In this document: positions 36,290-46,121 of the stretch, one piece after another
Layout: every line of letters starts with the position of its first letter
Position numbering within the stretch: the stretch's first letter is position 1
NCBI RefSeq assembly: GCF_025685625.1
Contig: NZ_JAGSYI010000001.1
Location: 2,211,147-2,275,146 of the forward strand
Reading direction: 5' to 3'
DNA from: Acidicapsa acidisoli
GTDB lineage: Bacteria > Acidobacteriota > Terriglobia > Terriglobales > Acidobacteriaceae
Length of the DNA stretch: 64,000 nucleotides
The notes under the pieces: generated by a model
Told to the model about the DNA's origin: nothing
Databases searched by the model: none
What the model saw: the letters and a program-made list of their open reading frames with translations, nothing else
Made by a program: the position numbers and the translations under genes

Positions 36290-37080
36290 ATGGCTCTCAC
36301 CTCGAATTGAAGTTTTTCGACAAGTGCGGCGGCGGCTTCGGCTGGGGTTCCGCCGAGGATCTGGGTGGTGCGCTGCTTGTGGGGCAGGACGACTTTATCC
36401 AGAATGACAACCGGCTCTTGTTTGATTTCCGGGCTCGAAGTGAGCAGGTCTGCGGCGGAAACGACGCGGACTTCCTTGGTTTTGGCCTTCTTGATGCCCA
36501 TGAGCGTGGCGTAACGGAGCTTGCTGTTGCCGGACTGGATGGTCAGCACGGCGGGGGCTGGAAGTTCGAGATGCTGGAACCAGCCGTCTTCGAGTTCGCG
36601 AAGGACTTTGATGCCGGTTTCGGTTTTTTCAATTTTGAGGATGAGGCTGGCGTGGGGAAGGCCGAGGAGTTCGGCCATGATGACGCCGGTTTGGCCGAGG
36701 CCGAGGTCGTCGGATTGAAGACCTGTCAGAATGAGGTCGGCTTGCTCATTTTTTACAGCAGCTGCGAGCAGGCGGGCGACACCGAGTGCGTCGAGTTTGG
36801 CCAGCGCGGTTTCGTCGGCGCTCTCGATGTGGATGGCGCGGTCGGCGCCTTTGGCGAGAGCCTCCCGGATAGTGCGGCCGACGCGTTCGGGTCCGGCGCT
36901 CAGGACGATTACTTCGCCGCCGTGAGCTTCCTTGAGTTGCAGGGCTTCTTCGAGGGCGTAGGCGTCGGATTCGTTCATGGTGAACTCGACGTCCTGCAGA
37001 TCGATCCATTTGCCCTCGGTGTCGATGCGGATACGGGCATCGCGTTCGGGCACTTGTTTGATGGCTACGATGATTTTCAT
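36286..37080 (-). CDS. etfB: electron transfer flavoprotein beta subunit
   Basis: MKIIVAIKQVPE... N-terminus and the KVLRELEDGWFQHLELPAPAVLTIQSGNSKLRY block are characteristic of EtfB. ATGA overlap with etfA. Confidence 0.9.
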   Translation of the reverse strand: MKIIVAIKQVPERDARIRIDTEGKWIDLQDVEFTMNESDAYALEEALQLKEAHGGEVIVLSAGPERVGRTIREALAKGADRAIHIESADETALAKLDALGVARLLAAAVKNEQADLILTGLQSDDLGLGQTGVIMAELLGLPHASLILKIEKTETGIKVLRELEDGWFQHLELPAPAVLTIQSGNSKLRYATLMGIKKAKTKEVRVVSAADLLTSSPEIKQEPVVILDKVVLPHKQRTTQILGGTPAEAAAALVEKLQFEVRAI

Positions 37081-37121
37081 GGGTCTCTCGTGGTTTGGAG
37101 GATCGCGAATTCCGCGTTCCC

Positions 37122-37178
37122 TCAGGGGCTAAAGCCCTGATTTAAAGCTTGCGTTGATGTACGGGCTAAAGCCCGTAC
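37122..37178. repeat. pair of hairpins sharing the GGGCTAAAGCCC core, between the Fe-S oxidoreductase stop and the etfB start
   Basis: tcaggggctaaagccctga (37122-37140) and gtacgggctaaagcccgtac (37159-37178). The second is a perfect 8-bp stem with a TAAA loop. Confidence 0.55.
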
Positions 37179-37202
37179 CCTTCCAAACTTCAAGCGTCAT
37201 TT

Positions 37203-39362
37203 TCAAGACGGCTGAGTCTGCGTCTGCTTTGGCAACTGAGCGGCCGCAATTTGTGCGATGTCCAAAAGGCGCGGGGCGTTGTCTCCCTGAGATGCCAAGG
37301 CATCGCGGAACATGGTGTTACAGAAGGGACATGCAGCCCCAATTGTAGTGGCTCCGGTGGCGACCAGCTCCTGCGCGCGGACGCTGCTGACGCGCTGGCC
37401 GTGCTCTTCGCCGAGGAATGCGAGTCCGCCGCCTGCGCCGCAGCAGAAGCTGCGTTCGCGGGAGCGTTCGGCTTCGACGAGTGTTCCGGCGGATGAGATT
37501 ACCGAGCGCGGTTCGTCGTAGACGTTGCGATAGCGGCCGAGGTAGCAGGGGTCATGGTAGGCGATTTTCTCGCCGGTGTTGTTGTGTGGAAGGCTTGCAT
37601 GATGGCGGGCGAGAAATTCGCTGTGATGCTCGATTTCGGGCGGCGAGCCGAACTCCTTCCAGTCCTCCTGAATGGTGCGGACGCAGTGCGGGCAGATGGA
37701 GATGATCTTTTTCACTTTCTGCTGGGTCATGGCTTCGAGGTTGCTCTCGGCTAGCTGCTGAAAGACTAGATCGTTGCCGAGCCGACGGGCTGGGTCGCCG
37801 GTGCATTTTTCCTTGCGCATTACGCCGTAGCTCGTGCCGAGGTAGCGCATGACTTCGACGAAGGAGGTGATGATTTCGCGGCCTTTGGGGTCGTAGCCGC
37901 CCATGCAGCCGAGCCATAAACAATATTCTTGTGTCCCGTCGAAGATGGGGAGTTCCTGCTTCTGGACGAATTTGTCGCGCTCGGTGGCGCTCAAGCCCAG
38001 TGCGTTGGAGTTTCGCTCCATGGCGTTGAAGAGCTTGCTGCCGTATTCGTTGTCCCACTCGCCGGTGTTGGTGGCGCCGCGCCGGAGGCCGACGATGATT
38101 GGGACGTGCTCGATGCCGACAGGGCATTGAAATTCGCAGGCGCCGCAGGTGGTGCACTGGAAGGCTGATTCCTGCGAGTTGTATTTGCCGAGGAGCAGCT
38201 CTTCGGCGATTGGACCGTACTCGTTGAGATAGCCGCGAACTCCGAGGATGACTTCTTTGGGATTGAGGCTCTTGCCGGTGCTGGCAGCGGGGCAGTGCTC
38301 GGTGCAGCGGCCGCACTCGACGCAGGAATAGGCTTGCAGGCTGACGAGCTGAGTGAGGTCCTTGCCAGTGACAAGGCCGAAGTCTTCATCACCCACGAGC
38401 GCGGGAATCTGGCTGAAGCTGCCGCGTGAGAGGAAGATTGTGATGGGCGAGAGAATCAGGTGCAGGTGCTTGGTGTGCGGGACGAGCGGCAGAAAGACCA
38501 GCAACGAGAGAGTGTGCGCCCACCAGAGCAGCCGCGCCGCGAGGCTTGTGTCGGTGACAAAAAAGGCTGCCAGATAGGTGGCCATGAGCGCGAAGATGAG
38601 TCCGGCGATGACGCCGGATTCCCATGAGAGTTCGTGACCGGCACGCGATAGCCAGATGGGGCGGACGACGAAGCGGCGGATGAAGAGTCCTATGATGGAG
38701 ACGGCGCAGGTGAGCGCGAATGCTGCGGCGACGAGGAAATAGAAGCCTCCGAAGGCTCCGGCGGGGTTGAGGAAGCCGATGCCGAAGCCCGTGGCGATGT
38801 GGTTCAGGGTGACCAGCGCGAAGGCGAGAAAGCCCCAGAAGACGAAGGCATGCGCGAGACCGGGCAGGGGCCGTTCGCGGATGACTTTGGCCTGGCAGAG
38901 GACTTCCCAGAAGAAGTCCCAGACACGCTTTCCGATGGGGAAAAGATGGAAGCCCGGGTCTTTGCGTGATTTCAGGATCTTGTCGACGACGATGCCGAAG
39001 CGCTTCCAGAAGAGCACCGCCGATGCAGCGATGAGTGCGGCGAGCAGCAGCTTTTCAAGCAGGGAGAAATGAACCGGTTCGGCGAGTTGAATCCTGATAA
39101 GGACGAAGTTGCCTTGCTGGAGATCGAGGAGGGCGGACGATGGCAATTTGATGGGCAGATGCATGGGCGTCCGTGGATTCCTCTCGCCTACCTTTGTAAT
39201 TGATTCGGGGCAGCTTTGGCACTTTGCCCCTAGACCTTGCCGAGCACCCTGGTCAGGTTTTCGACGTGGTCTGAGGCAATTCTGTCCACGTTCTTCAATA
39301 CGAGCAGGTACAGGGCGAAGGCCAGAATCGTAAGGACAGAAAAGATCGCGGCCGCCAGCCAA
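37203..39362 (-). CDS. membrane-bound Fe-S oxidoreductase (CCG-domain, GlpC/HdrD/LutA-like), probable ETF-linked quinone reductase. The annotated TTG start is probably too far upstream
   Basis: N-terminal polytopic membrane domain. Two ferredoxin-type 4Fe-4S motifs (CVECGRCTEHCP and CTTCGACEFQCP) and two CCG-type Cys-rich motifs (CPHCVRT..., CCGAGGG). An ATG near 39162-39164 (MHLPIKLP...) removes the 133-bp overlap with the upstream permease ORF. Co-oriented with etfBA. Confidence 0.85.
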   Translation of the reverse strand: MAGGRDLFCPYDSGLRPVPARIEERGQNCLRPRRKPDQGARQGLGAKCQSCPESITKVGERNPRTPMHLPIKLPSSALLDLQQGNFVLIRIQLAEPVHFSLLEKLLLAALIAASAVLFWKRFGIVVDKILKSRKDPGFHLFPIGKRVWDFFWEVLCQAKVIRERPLPGLAHAFVFWGFLAFALVTLNHIATGFGIGFLNPAGAFGGFYFLVAAAFALTCAVSIIGLFIRRFVVRPIWLSRAGHELSWESGVIAGLIFALMATYLAAFFVTDTSLAARLLWWAHTLSLLVFLPLVPHTKHLHLILSPITIFLSRGSFSQIPALVGDEDFGLVTGKDLTQLVSLQAYSCVECGRCTEHCPAASTGKSLNPKEVILGVRGYLNEYGPIAEELLLGKYNSQESAFQCTTCGACEFQCPVGIEHVPIIVGLRRGATNTGEWDNEYGSKLFNAMERNSNALGLSATERDKFVQKQELPIFDGTQEYCLWLGCMGGYDPKGREIITSFVEVMRYLGTSYGVMRKEKCTGDPARRLGNDLVFQQLAESNLEAMTQQKVKKIISICPHCVRTIQEDWKEFGSPPEIEHHSEFLARHHASLPHNNTGEKIAYHDPCYLGRYRNVYDEPRSVISSAGTLVEAERSRERSFCCGAGGGLAFLGEEHGQRVSSVRAQELVATGATTIGAACPFCNTMFRDALASQGDNAPRLLDIAQIAAAQLPKQTQTQPS

Positions 39363-40954
39363 TAGCCTGTGTGCAGAATGTGGTCAACCAATACCATGAC
39401 GGCTCCTAAAGCGACGGCTGTTGCAACGACGAGAAGGCTGATGAGGCTGCTCAATCCGGAGACATTCTGGCTGCGGACTTTTGCCGAGTCGAGCACTTTG
39501 GGCGATGCAATCGAACGGACATTGCCGATGCTCAGGCTGACGAATAGCGTGAAGAAACTCCAGGCAATTGTGGCGGCGGTGAGATCGAGCGGTGCTGGTC
39601 TGGCGATGATTGCCGAAGCGATGTAGATGAGGATGATTTCGATGGCGAAGATGCCTATGGTCATGAGGTTCTTGCCGAGTACGACGTCCCTCATGCGCAC
39701 GGGAGCCATGAAGTAGAACTGAATTCCCGTCCCATCGCCGCCAAAGGAGTTGTAGATGAGGCCGACGAATATCAGGTGCGTGTAGGCGCAGCCGTAGCTG
39801 AAGAGCATTGTGGTTAAACTGTGGCGCGATACTCCGGCGTAGTTCATGCCGGAGGAACGCATCGACACGAGAAAGACGAGGAAGACGGGCATGATCAGCG
39901 TGTAGAGCTTGGGGCCGCTGCGCAGCAGATAGCGGATCTCCTTGAGGAGGCAGGCGGCGACCGTGGGCGGAAGAAAGGAAAATGAGGCGTTCGCTGTGGG
40001 CGCTGCAACGGTTGGCTGGAGCTTGACAGATATAGGCTTGGGTTGCAGCGCTGCGGGTGCTTCGCTGAGGTCTTCGCCGAGGAACTGCGCGCGCAGCCGC
40101 AGGTGGAGCACGAGCAGGAAGCCGATGGTAATGGCCACAACACCGCCGAGTGCGGTCGTGGCGATCAGTGTGTCTCCGGTATGAAAGTGGTCAATCGACA
40201 GCGCGGTGAGGCCCGGCGGTAGCAGCCAATTCATGAAGACCATGATGTCGATTGTCTTGGTCAGCCATGGGCTTACAGGCGCGTGATTTCCATGATGGCT
40301 CAGGCGCTGCGCGTACTGAGCGACGAATTGGACGCCCAGGGATACTGCGAGGATGATGCCGGTGAGGAGTTCGCGGGTGCGCCGCTGTGCCAGCCATCGC
40401 TCCATCCATGAGTAGATCATTCTCGAAAACAGGATGTTGCAGACGCAATACGCGAAAAGAGCCAGCGCAGACCACGGCAGCAGCCATGGAGCGGCGATGG
40501 CGATGCCGACGCACATGCCCATGAGGCATCCGATGCCCGCGAGTGTCGGCGGGTCCATGAGGCCGAAGGAAAGCCGGATGAGCAGATAGTCGCGATAGCG
40601 AATGGGAAATCGAATGAGCGACGAGAGATCGAACGATGGCCCGGTGGCGGAAGTGTTGACGCCGATGAATTGCCAGAGGGCAAAGATGATCCAAAGAGGT
40701 ATGGCGAGTAGATTGACCTGATCGTTGGTCACCAGGTAGTACGAAGCCACACCTGAGCCGATTGAGGGGCCGAGGATCACGATGGCCAGGAATGGATACG
40801 AGATGATTTTGACGACGAGTTCGCCGGCAGCGCCTTTGCCGCGCAGGGAGTTGACGAAGATACGCCAGCGCAGCCATGTGATTGCGGCAAACTGGCGGCG
40901 CGTTGAGACCTTTGCGGTGAGTTCCGATTCGGGCGAGGTCTCTAACCTAGCCAT
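39230..40954 (-). CDS. ABC-2-type transporter permease (12 TM)
   Basis: 574 aa, highly hydrophobic. Lies directly downstream of an ABC ATPase gene, with a 13-bp overlap. Confidence 0.7.
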   Translation of the reverse strand: MARLETSPESELTAKVSTRRQFAAITWLRWRIFVNSLRGKGAAGELVVKIISYPFLAIVILGPSIGSGVASYYLVTNDQVNLLAIPLWIIFALWQFIGVNTSATGPSFDLSSLIRFPIRYRDYLLIRLSFGLMDPPTLAGIGCLMGMCVGIAIAAPWLLPWSALALFAYCVCNILFSRMIYSWMERWLAQRRTRELLTGIILAVSLGVQFVAQYAQRLSHHGNHAPVSPWLTKTIDIMVFMNWLLPPGLTALSIDHFHTGDTLIATTALGGVVAITIGFLLVLHLRLRAQFLGEDLSEAPAALQPKPISVKLQPTVAAPTANASFSFLPPTVAACLLKEIRYLLRSGPKLYTLIMPVFLVFLVSMRSSGMNYAGVSRHSLTTMLFSYGCAYTHLIFVGLIYNSFGGDGTGIQFYFMAPVRMRDVVLGKNLMTIGIFAIEIILIYIASAIIARPAPLDLTAATIAWSFFTLFVSLSIGNVRSIASPKVLDSAKVRSQNVSGLSSLISLLVVATAVALGAVMVLVDHILHTGYWLAAAIFSVLTILAFALYLLVLKNVDRIASDHVENLTRVLGKV

Positions 40955-41754
40955 GAAAGCTCCTGTTCGGAGTGCTGATTGGCTGCTCCGTCCTCTTTGC
41001 CGCCTTCTTTTTCAATGATGCGGATGAATATCTCTTCGAGGGTAAGGCGCGTGGTGGTGTTATCGGCCTGGGTGTGAACTCCGGCGCGAAGCTCTTCCAT
41101 GGAGCCATTTGCGATGAGTTCGCCGTGGTTGATGATGCCGACGTGGGTGCAAAGACGCTCTACGATTTCGAGAACGTGCGAGGTAAGGAAGATGGTGGCG
41201 CCGCGGGCGATCATTCCTTGCAGCATTTGTTTCAGGGTGCCGGCGGCGATGGCGTCCACGCCTTCAAAGGGCTCATCGAGGAAGAGAATCTTCGGTCCGT
41301 GGATGACGGCTGCGGCGAGGGCCAGCTTCTTTTGCATGCCGTGGGAGAAGTCGGTGATGAGCTTCTTTGTCTCGTTGGCCAGATTCATGAATTCGAGCAA
41401 CTCTTCACTGCGCTGGCGTGTCGTGGCGTCGTCGAGGCCGTACATCTGGCCGACGAAGCGCAGGTATTCGGAGGCGGTTAGGCGTCCGAAGAGCGCCATG
41501 CCCTCGGGGACTACGCCGATCTGGCGCTTGACTTCGAGGGCGTTGGCGGCGAAGTCCATGCCCAGAACCTGGATGGTGCCTGAAGTGGGGGCGAGCAGCC
41601 CGGTCAGCATCTTGATGGTGGTGGACTTGCCGGCGCCGTTCGGACCCAGGAAGCCGTAGAACTGCCCCTGGACGACATTCAGGTTAACATTCTGAACGGC
41701 AACGAAATCGCCGAAGCGGCGGGTCAGTCCGGTGGTGGAGATAGTTGCGCTCAT
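40942..41754 (-). CDS. ABC transporter ATP-binding protein
   Basis: Walker A GPNGAGKST, signature FSHGMQKKLALAAAV, Walker B ILFLDEPFEGVD and H-loop. The start ATG (MSATIST...) is at 41752-41754. The track ORF extends to 41817. Confidence 0.9.
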   Translation of the reverse strand: MSATISTTGLTRRFGDFVAVQNVNLNVVQGQFYGFLGPNGAGKSTTIKMLTGLLAPTSGTIQVLGMDFAANALEVKRQIGVVPEGMALFGRLTASEYLRFVGQMYGLDDATTRQRSEELLEFMNLANETKKLITDFSHGMQKKLALAAAVIHGPKILFLDEPFEGVDAIAAGTLKQMLQGMIARGATIFLTSHVLEIVERLCTHVGIINHGELIANGSMEELRAGVHTQADNTTTRLTLEEIFIRIIEKEGGKEDGAANQHSEQELSWLG

Positions 41755-41892
41755 GGCTGAGATGAGGATACTGGAAAACTCCGCAAATGGAAGAGTACGC
41801 CTTGCAATGTCATACATTCAGCCGATCTTCTGCCAGCGCATTGATATACATTATTTCTGGTACAAACAATATCGAATTTGAGGTAGTTAGAT

Positions 41893-43107
41893 ATGCGCAG
41901 GCTTGTCTTTCCGGCGATCTTATCGTTGTTTTTGGCTGTGACCTCCGGGCTTGGTGCTCAAAGCCGCTTTGTGCATGCGGACGGCAAGTTTCTTGCGGAT
42001 GCCCACGGGCACAAGCTTATTTTGCGCGGCACGAATTTGGGCAACTGGCTGGTGCAGGAGGGTTATATGTTCCGCCTGGAGCATGGCCCGCAGTCGGCGC
42101 GCGAGATCGAAGCCATAGTCAACGAACTGATTGGCCCTACGGATGCTGCGAAGTTCTGGCATGAGTATCGGGATCAGTACATCACTCGCAAGGACATCGA
42201 TTTGATTGCCAAGGCTGGCTTCAACACCATCCGGATACCGTTTCATTACAAGTTTTTTGAGCCGGGAAATGAGGAAGGCTTTGCGCTGGTGGACCGGGTC
42301 GTTGGGTGGGCCAAAGAAGATGGATTGTATGTGATTCTGGATATGCACTGCGCGCCCGGCGGGCAGACAGGTGCGAATATCGACGATAGCTGGGGGTATC
42401 CGTGGCTCTATGAGGACGAAGCGAGTCAACAGCACGCGATGGATATCTGGAAGCGAGTTGCCGAGCATTATCGCAGCAATCCAACGGTGTTGGGGTATGA
42501 CCTGCTGAATGAGCCTATCCCGACTTTTCCGAACTTGAAGCAATATAACTCGAAGCTGGAGCCGGTCTATAAGAAACTTGTCGCCGCGGTGCGATCGGTC
42601 GACCAGAACCACGTGGTTATTCTGGGTGGAGCGCAGTGGGATACTAACTTTACTGTCTTTGGTCCGCCGTTCGACAAGAACATGATGTACACGTTTCATA
42701 AGTACTGGATGAAACCGGAGCAGAAGGAAATTCAGTCGTATGTCGATTTCCGGGATAAATACAATGTGCCGATCTGGATGGGGGAATCTGGCGAGAATAC
42801 GGACGAGTGGATCAGCCAGTTCAGAAAGCTTCTCGATGACAACGAGATCAGTTGGACATTCTGGCCCTACAAGAAGATGCAGGCGACCTCGGCTCCGGTG
42901 ACCTTTGCACGGCCCGAACACTGGGATGAGATTGTTGCCTTTGCGGCTCAACATTTTGGAATGGGCGATACTGAGAAGGCAATTGCCGTGCGTCCTTCGC
43001 TGGATGACTCGCGGGCGGCGTTTCAGGACCTGCTGGTTAAGATTCGCTTTGAAAATTCAACGGTCAACGAATCGTATTTAAATGCTTTGGTATCGAATAC
43101 GAAGTAA
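41893..43107 (+). CDS. secreted glycoside hydrolase family 5 (cellulase-family) enzyme
   Basis: Signal peptide, acid/base LLNEP and nucleophile region IWMGESGE. The GFNTIRIP block is typical of GH5. Confidence 0.85.
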   Translation: MRRLVFPAILSLFLAVTSGLGAQSRFVHADGKFLADAHGHKLILRGTNLGNWLVQEGYMFRLEHGPQSAREIEAIVNELIGPTDAAKFWHEYRDQYITRKDIDLIAKAGFNTIRIPFHYKFFEPGNEEGFALVDRVVGWAKEDGLYVILDMHCAPGGQTGANIDDSWGYPWLYEDEASQQHAMDIWKRVAEHYRSNPTVLGYDLLNEPIPTFPNLKQYNSKLEPVYKKLVAAVRSVDQNHVVILGGAQWDTNFTVFGPPFDKNMMYTFHKYWMKPEQKEIQSYVDFRDKYNVPIWMGESGENTDEWISQFRKLLDDNEISWTFWPYKKMQATSAPVTFARPEHWDEIVAFAAQHFGMGDTEKAIAVRPSLDDSRAAFQDLLVKIRFENSTVNESYLNALVSNTK

Positions 43108-43141
43108 TGGGCTTGGATTGAGCGAGGCGAGGACCTGACGC

Positions 43142-44527
43142 ATGATCGTGAACTTAGCAGAGCGGGCACATAACCATAATTGGCAGCTCGACCCCATTAC
43201 CCGCTCGCTGCTGGATACAGATTTCTACAAGCTGCTGATGCTGCAGTTCATCTGGAAGCATTTTCCTGAGGTGGAGGTTACGTTCTCGCTGGTGAACCGG
43301 AGTACAACGGTCTCGCTGGCGGAACGGATCAGTCTTGAGGAACTGCGCATGCAACTGGACAATGTGCGCAGCCTGCGCTTTCAGAAGTCGGAGCTGATCT
43401 GGCTGGCCGGCAATACCTTCTACGGTAAACGCGGCATCTTCGAGCCGGATTTTCTGGATTGGCTGGAACACGATTTTCGACTGCCCGATTATGAGCTATC
43501 GATTCAGGATGGAGATATAAGCTTGTCGTTCCGCGGATTATGGACACAGACTACGCTGTGGGAGATTTATGCGCTTGCCATCCTGAGCGAGTTGAAGACG
43601 CGCACCAGCCTGCGGGAGATGAGCGAGTTTTCGCTCGATATCCTGTACGCTCGCGCCAAAGCCAAGTTGTGGAGCAAGATCGAGCGCCTGCGCGGGGTAC
43701 CAGGACTGAGAGTCGCCGACTTCGGGACGCGCCGTCGTCACAGCTTTCTGTGGCAGGAGTATGTTGTGAAGGCGATGCGGGATACGCTCGGCTCAAGCTT
43801 CACGGGGTCTTCGAATACTTATCTCGCATACAAGCATGACCTTGAAGCCATCGGCACTAACGCGCACGAACTGCCGATGGCTTTGGCTGCGATGGCTGAG
43901 ACAGATGAAGAACTGAAGGCGTCGCAATATCGAATGCTTGAGCTATGGCAGAGTACGTATCAACGCGAGTTGCTGATTATGCTTCCAGATACATTTGGCA
44001 CGACGCAGTTTCTTGAAGGCGCGCCGGACTGGGTTACGGATTGGACAGGGCAGCGCATGGACAGCAAGAGCCCGTATGTAGCGGGCGACGAATATATTGA
44101 TTGGCTGAGGAAGCGTGGACGCGATCCGGAGAAGAAGTTCATCATTGCGTCGGATGGGTTGGATGTGCAGGATATTCTTGGTCTGCATGCCTATTTTTCT
44201 GGCGAGATACTTGGGGATCGGAACCCACAGGACTTTAACGACGCATCGGATTTTCTCGATTCGGAAAAGTGGAGCCCGAAGCGAAGAATTCGTTTCAGCT
44301 CCGGCTGGGGAACGCTGCTTACCAATGACTTTCGCAACTGCGATCCGAGCGGCGGCAGCGGCTTCGATCCGATCAGTCTGGTATGCAAGCTTACAGACGC
44401 CAACGGCCGCCCGGCTGTGAAGCTCTCTGACAACTACGCCAAGGCGATGGGAGATCCGGAACAAGTGGAGCGCTATCGCAGGGTCTTCGGCACGGCGGGA
44501 CAGATCAACGTTCCGGCGCTTGTTTGA
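43142..44527 (+). CDS. pncB: nicotinate phosphoribosyltransferase
   Basis: LLDTDFYKLLM N-terminal block, ADFGTRRRHS, and overall length and blocks of the NAPRTase family. Confidence 0.9.
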   Translation: MIVNLAERAHNHNWQLDPITRSLLDTDFYKLLMLQFIWKHFPEVEVTFSLVNRSTTVSLAERISLEELRMQLDNVRSLRFQKSELIWLAGNTFYGKRGIFEPDFLDWLEHDFRLPDYELSIQDGDISLSFRGLWTQTTLWEIYALAILSELKTRTSLREMSEFSLDILYARAKAKLWSKIERLRGVPGLRVADFGTRRRHSFLWQEYVVKAMRDTLGSSFTGSSNTYLAYKHDLEAIGTNAHELPMALAAMAETDEELKASQYRMLELWQSTYQRELLIMLPDTFGTTQFLEGAPDWVTDWTGQRMDSKSPYVAGDEYIDWLRKRGRDPEKKFIIASDGLDVQDILGLHAYFSGEILGDRNPQDFNDASDFLDSEKWSPKRRIRFSSGWGTLLTNDFRNCDPSGGSGFDPISLVCKLTDANGRPAVKLSDNYAKAMGDPEQVERYRRVFGTAGQINVPALV

Positions 44528-44587
44528 TCGCGCCGGAACATCTGCGAGCGCAACTCCAGTGTATTGTCAAACGAAGCTGAGTGCGGC

Positions 44588-45976
44588 TTAGCTTGCTGCT
44601 TCTGTGGCCCGGTTCCATGCCTTCCATGCTGCCCAGGTGAGGACACCAGTCGCGGCCGCCATCCCGAACGCCGCACAAGCACCAGTCGCTAACGCTGCGA
44701 AGACGGCTGTTGCCGCGAGGCTGCGCCGCGGTTTCGCTGATGTTTCCTCCCGCACATGCTCCGGACGCACGCCCATCCCTACCGCATAGCCCACCGCACG
44801 CTGAATGCCTGGAATGCGTGCGGCAGCCTTCGCCTGCCAGGGCACATGGATCGGTCCGGGGTTTTCAAAGACGCGAGCGAGGCCTCGATGCGCCGTTAAC
44901 TGGATCGCTTGCGTAGCGCGGGTTGGAAGCTCGCGCCGCTTCTGTACCTTGGCTAGCGTCGATTCGGGCACACGCCGCTCAAGGAGTGGCCGGGTCAATA
45001 TGTTCGCAGCCGCGACGGCATCTTGAATTGCAAGGTTAATTCCGACTCCACCAGCGGGCGACATTGCATGGGCCGCGTCGCCAATGCACAGCAGACCCGG
45101 CCGATACCAACGCCGCAGCCGATTGATCTGCACGGTCAGAATCTTGATCTGATCCCAATCGTGCAGTTCGTTCACGCGATCGCCTAGATACGGAGCGATG
45201 CTGCGAATGTCGGCGCGGAATGCGTCGAGGCCGCGCGCTTTAATGTCTTCATAGGAGCCTTTTTCGATGATGAGGCCGGCTTGGAAATAATCCGATCGAT
45301 TGATCAGGATCAATGCTTTGCCGTAATTCACGTTGCCGAGCACCTGCGCCGGATCGCCGGGCTTGCGGCTGATTTGAAACCACAAAACATCGATGGGCAC
45401 GCCGTGCTCGATCACCTTGAGCCGGGCCGCAGTGCGCGCGCGGGAGTGGCGGCCATCACAGGCGACGACGAGATCGGCGTGGACGCGCACCTCTTGTCCG
45501 TTGTGTCGCGCCACTACTCCCCGGATGCGTTTGCCTTCTTTTAGCAGATCTGTCGCTTCGTGCTGCATGAGCAACTGAAAGGAAGGAAACCGATTGGCAT
45601 GACTGGAAAGAAAATTCAGAAAATCCCATTGCGGCATAAGAGCGACGAATTTGCAGGTCGCAGGCACATGCCGAAAGTCAACAATGTTGAATTCGGAATC
45701 GCCGATGATCACGCCGAGCGACTCTACCTCCTCATGGGGCAAAGCCAGAAACTCTTTCAACAGGCCGAGTTCCTTGAGAACTTCAAGCGTGGACGGATGG
45801 ACCGTGTCGCCGCGAAAATCGCGGAAGAAGTCCTCGTGTTTTTCGAGCACTGTAACCTGCACACCCCGGCGCGCCAGAAGATATGCGAGCACCATGCCCG
45901 CGGGTCCGCCACCCACCACACAGCAAGTCGTCTGCAAAACGTCGTTCGCCATGCCTGAATCACCTCCGGTTTCCAA
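44588..45976 (-). CDS. FAD-dependent monooxygenase/oxidoreductase (UbiH/PHBH-like)
   Basis: GxGxxG block CCVVGGGPAGMVLAYLLARRG, DG motif LVVACDGRHS, and GD site CIGDAAHAMSPAGGVGINLAIQDA. The real start is probably MANDVLQT. Confidence 0.85.
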   Translation of the reverse strand: METGGDSGMANDVLQTTCCVVGGGPAGMVLAYLLARRGVQVTVLEKHEDFFRDFRGDTVHPSTLEVLKELGLLKEFLALPHEEVESLGVIIGDSEFNIVDFRHVPATCKFVALMPQWDFLNFLSSHANRFPSFQLLMQHEATDLLKEGKRIRGVVARHNGQEVRVHADLVVACDGRHSRARTAARLKVIEHGVPIDVLWFQISRKPGDPAQVLGNVNYGKALILINRSDYFQAGLIIEKGSYEDIKARGLDAFRADIRSIAPYLGDRVNELHDWDQIKILTVQINRLRRWYRPGLLCIGDAAHAMSPAGGVGINLAIQDAVAAANILTRPLLERRVPESTLAKVQKRRELPTRATQAIQLTAHRGLARVFENPGPIHVPWQAKAAARIPGIQRAVGYAVGMGVRPEHVREETSAKPRRSLAATAVFAALATGACAAFGMAAATGVLTWAAWKAWNRATEAAS

Positions 45977-46121
45977 CTTACTTCATAACTTGGATGCTGA
46001 ATCATCAATCTGCGGAATATGGTCCCCTAGTTTGCGGGTTCTTGAGATATTTACGGGAAAATCCGGATTTACTGCTGGGCGGGCCTAGCCCGCGATGAGT
46101 ACATTGGAGTCGAGGTGTTTC

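Noticed and set aside
39230-39362. 133-bp apparent overlap between the ABC-2 permease ORF and the Fe-S oxidoreductase ORF
   Set aside because: Most likely an over-extended start call (TTG at 39362) for the oxidoreductase. An in-frame ATG about 200 bp downstream (MHLPIKLP...) gives a normal intergenic spacer.
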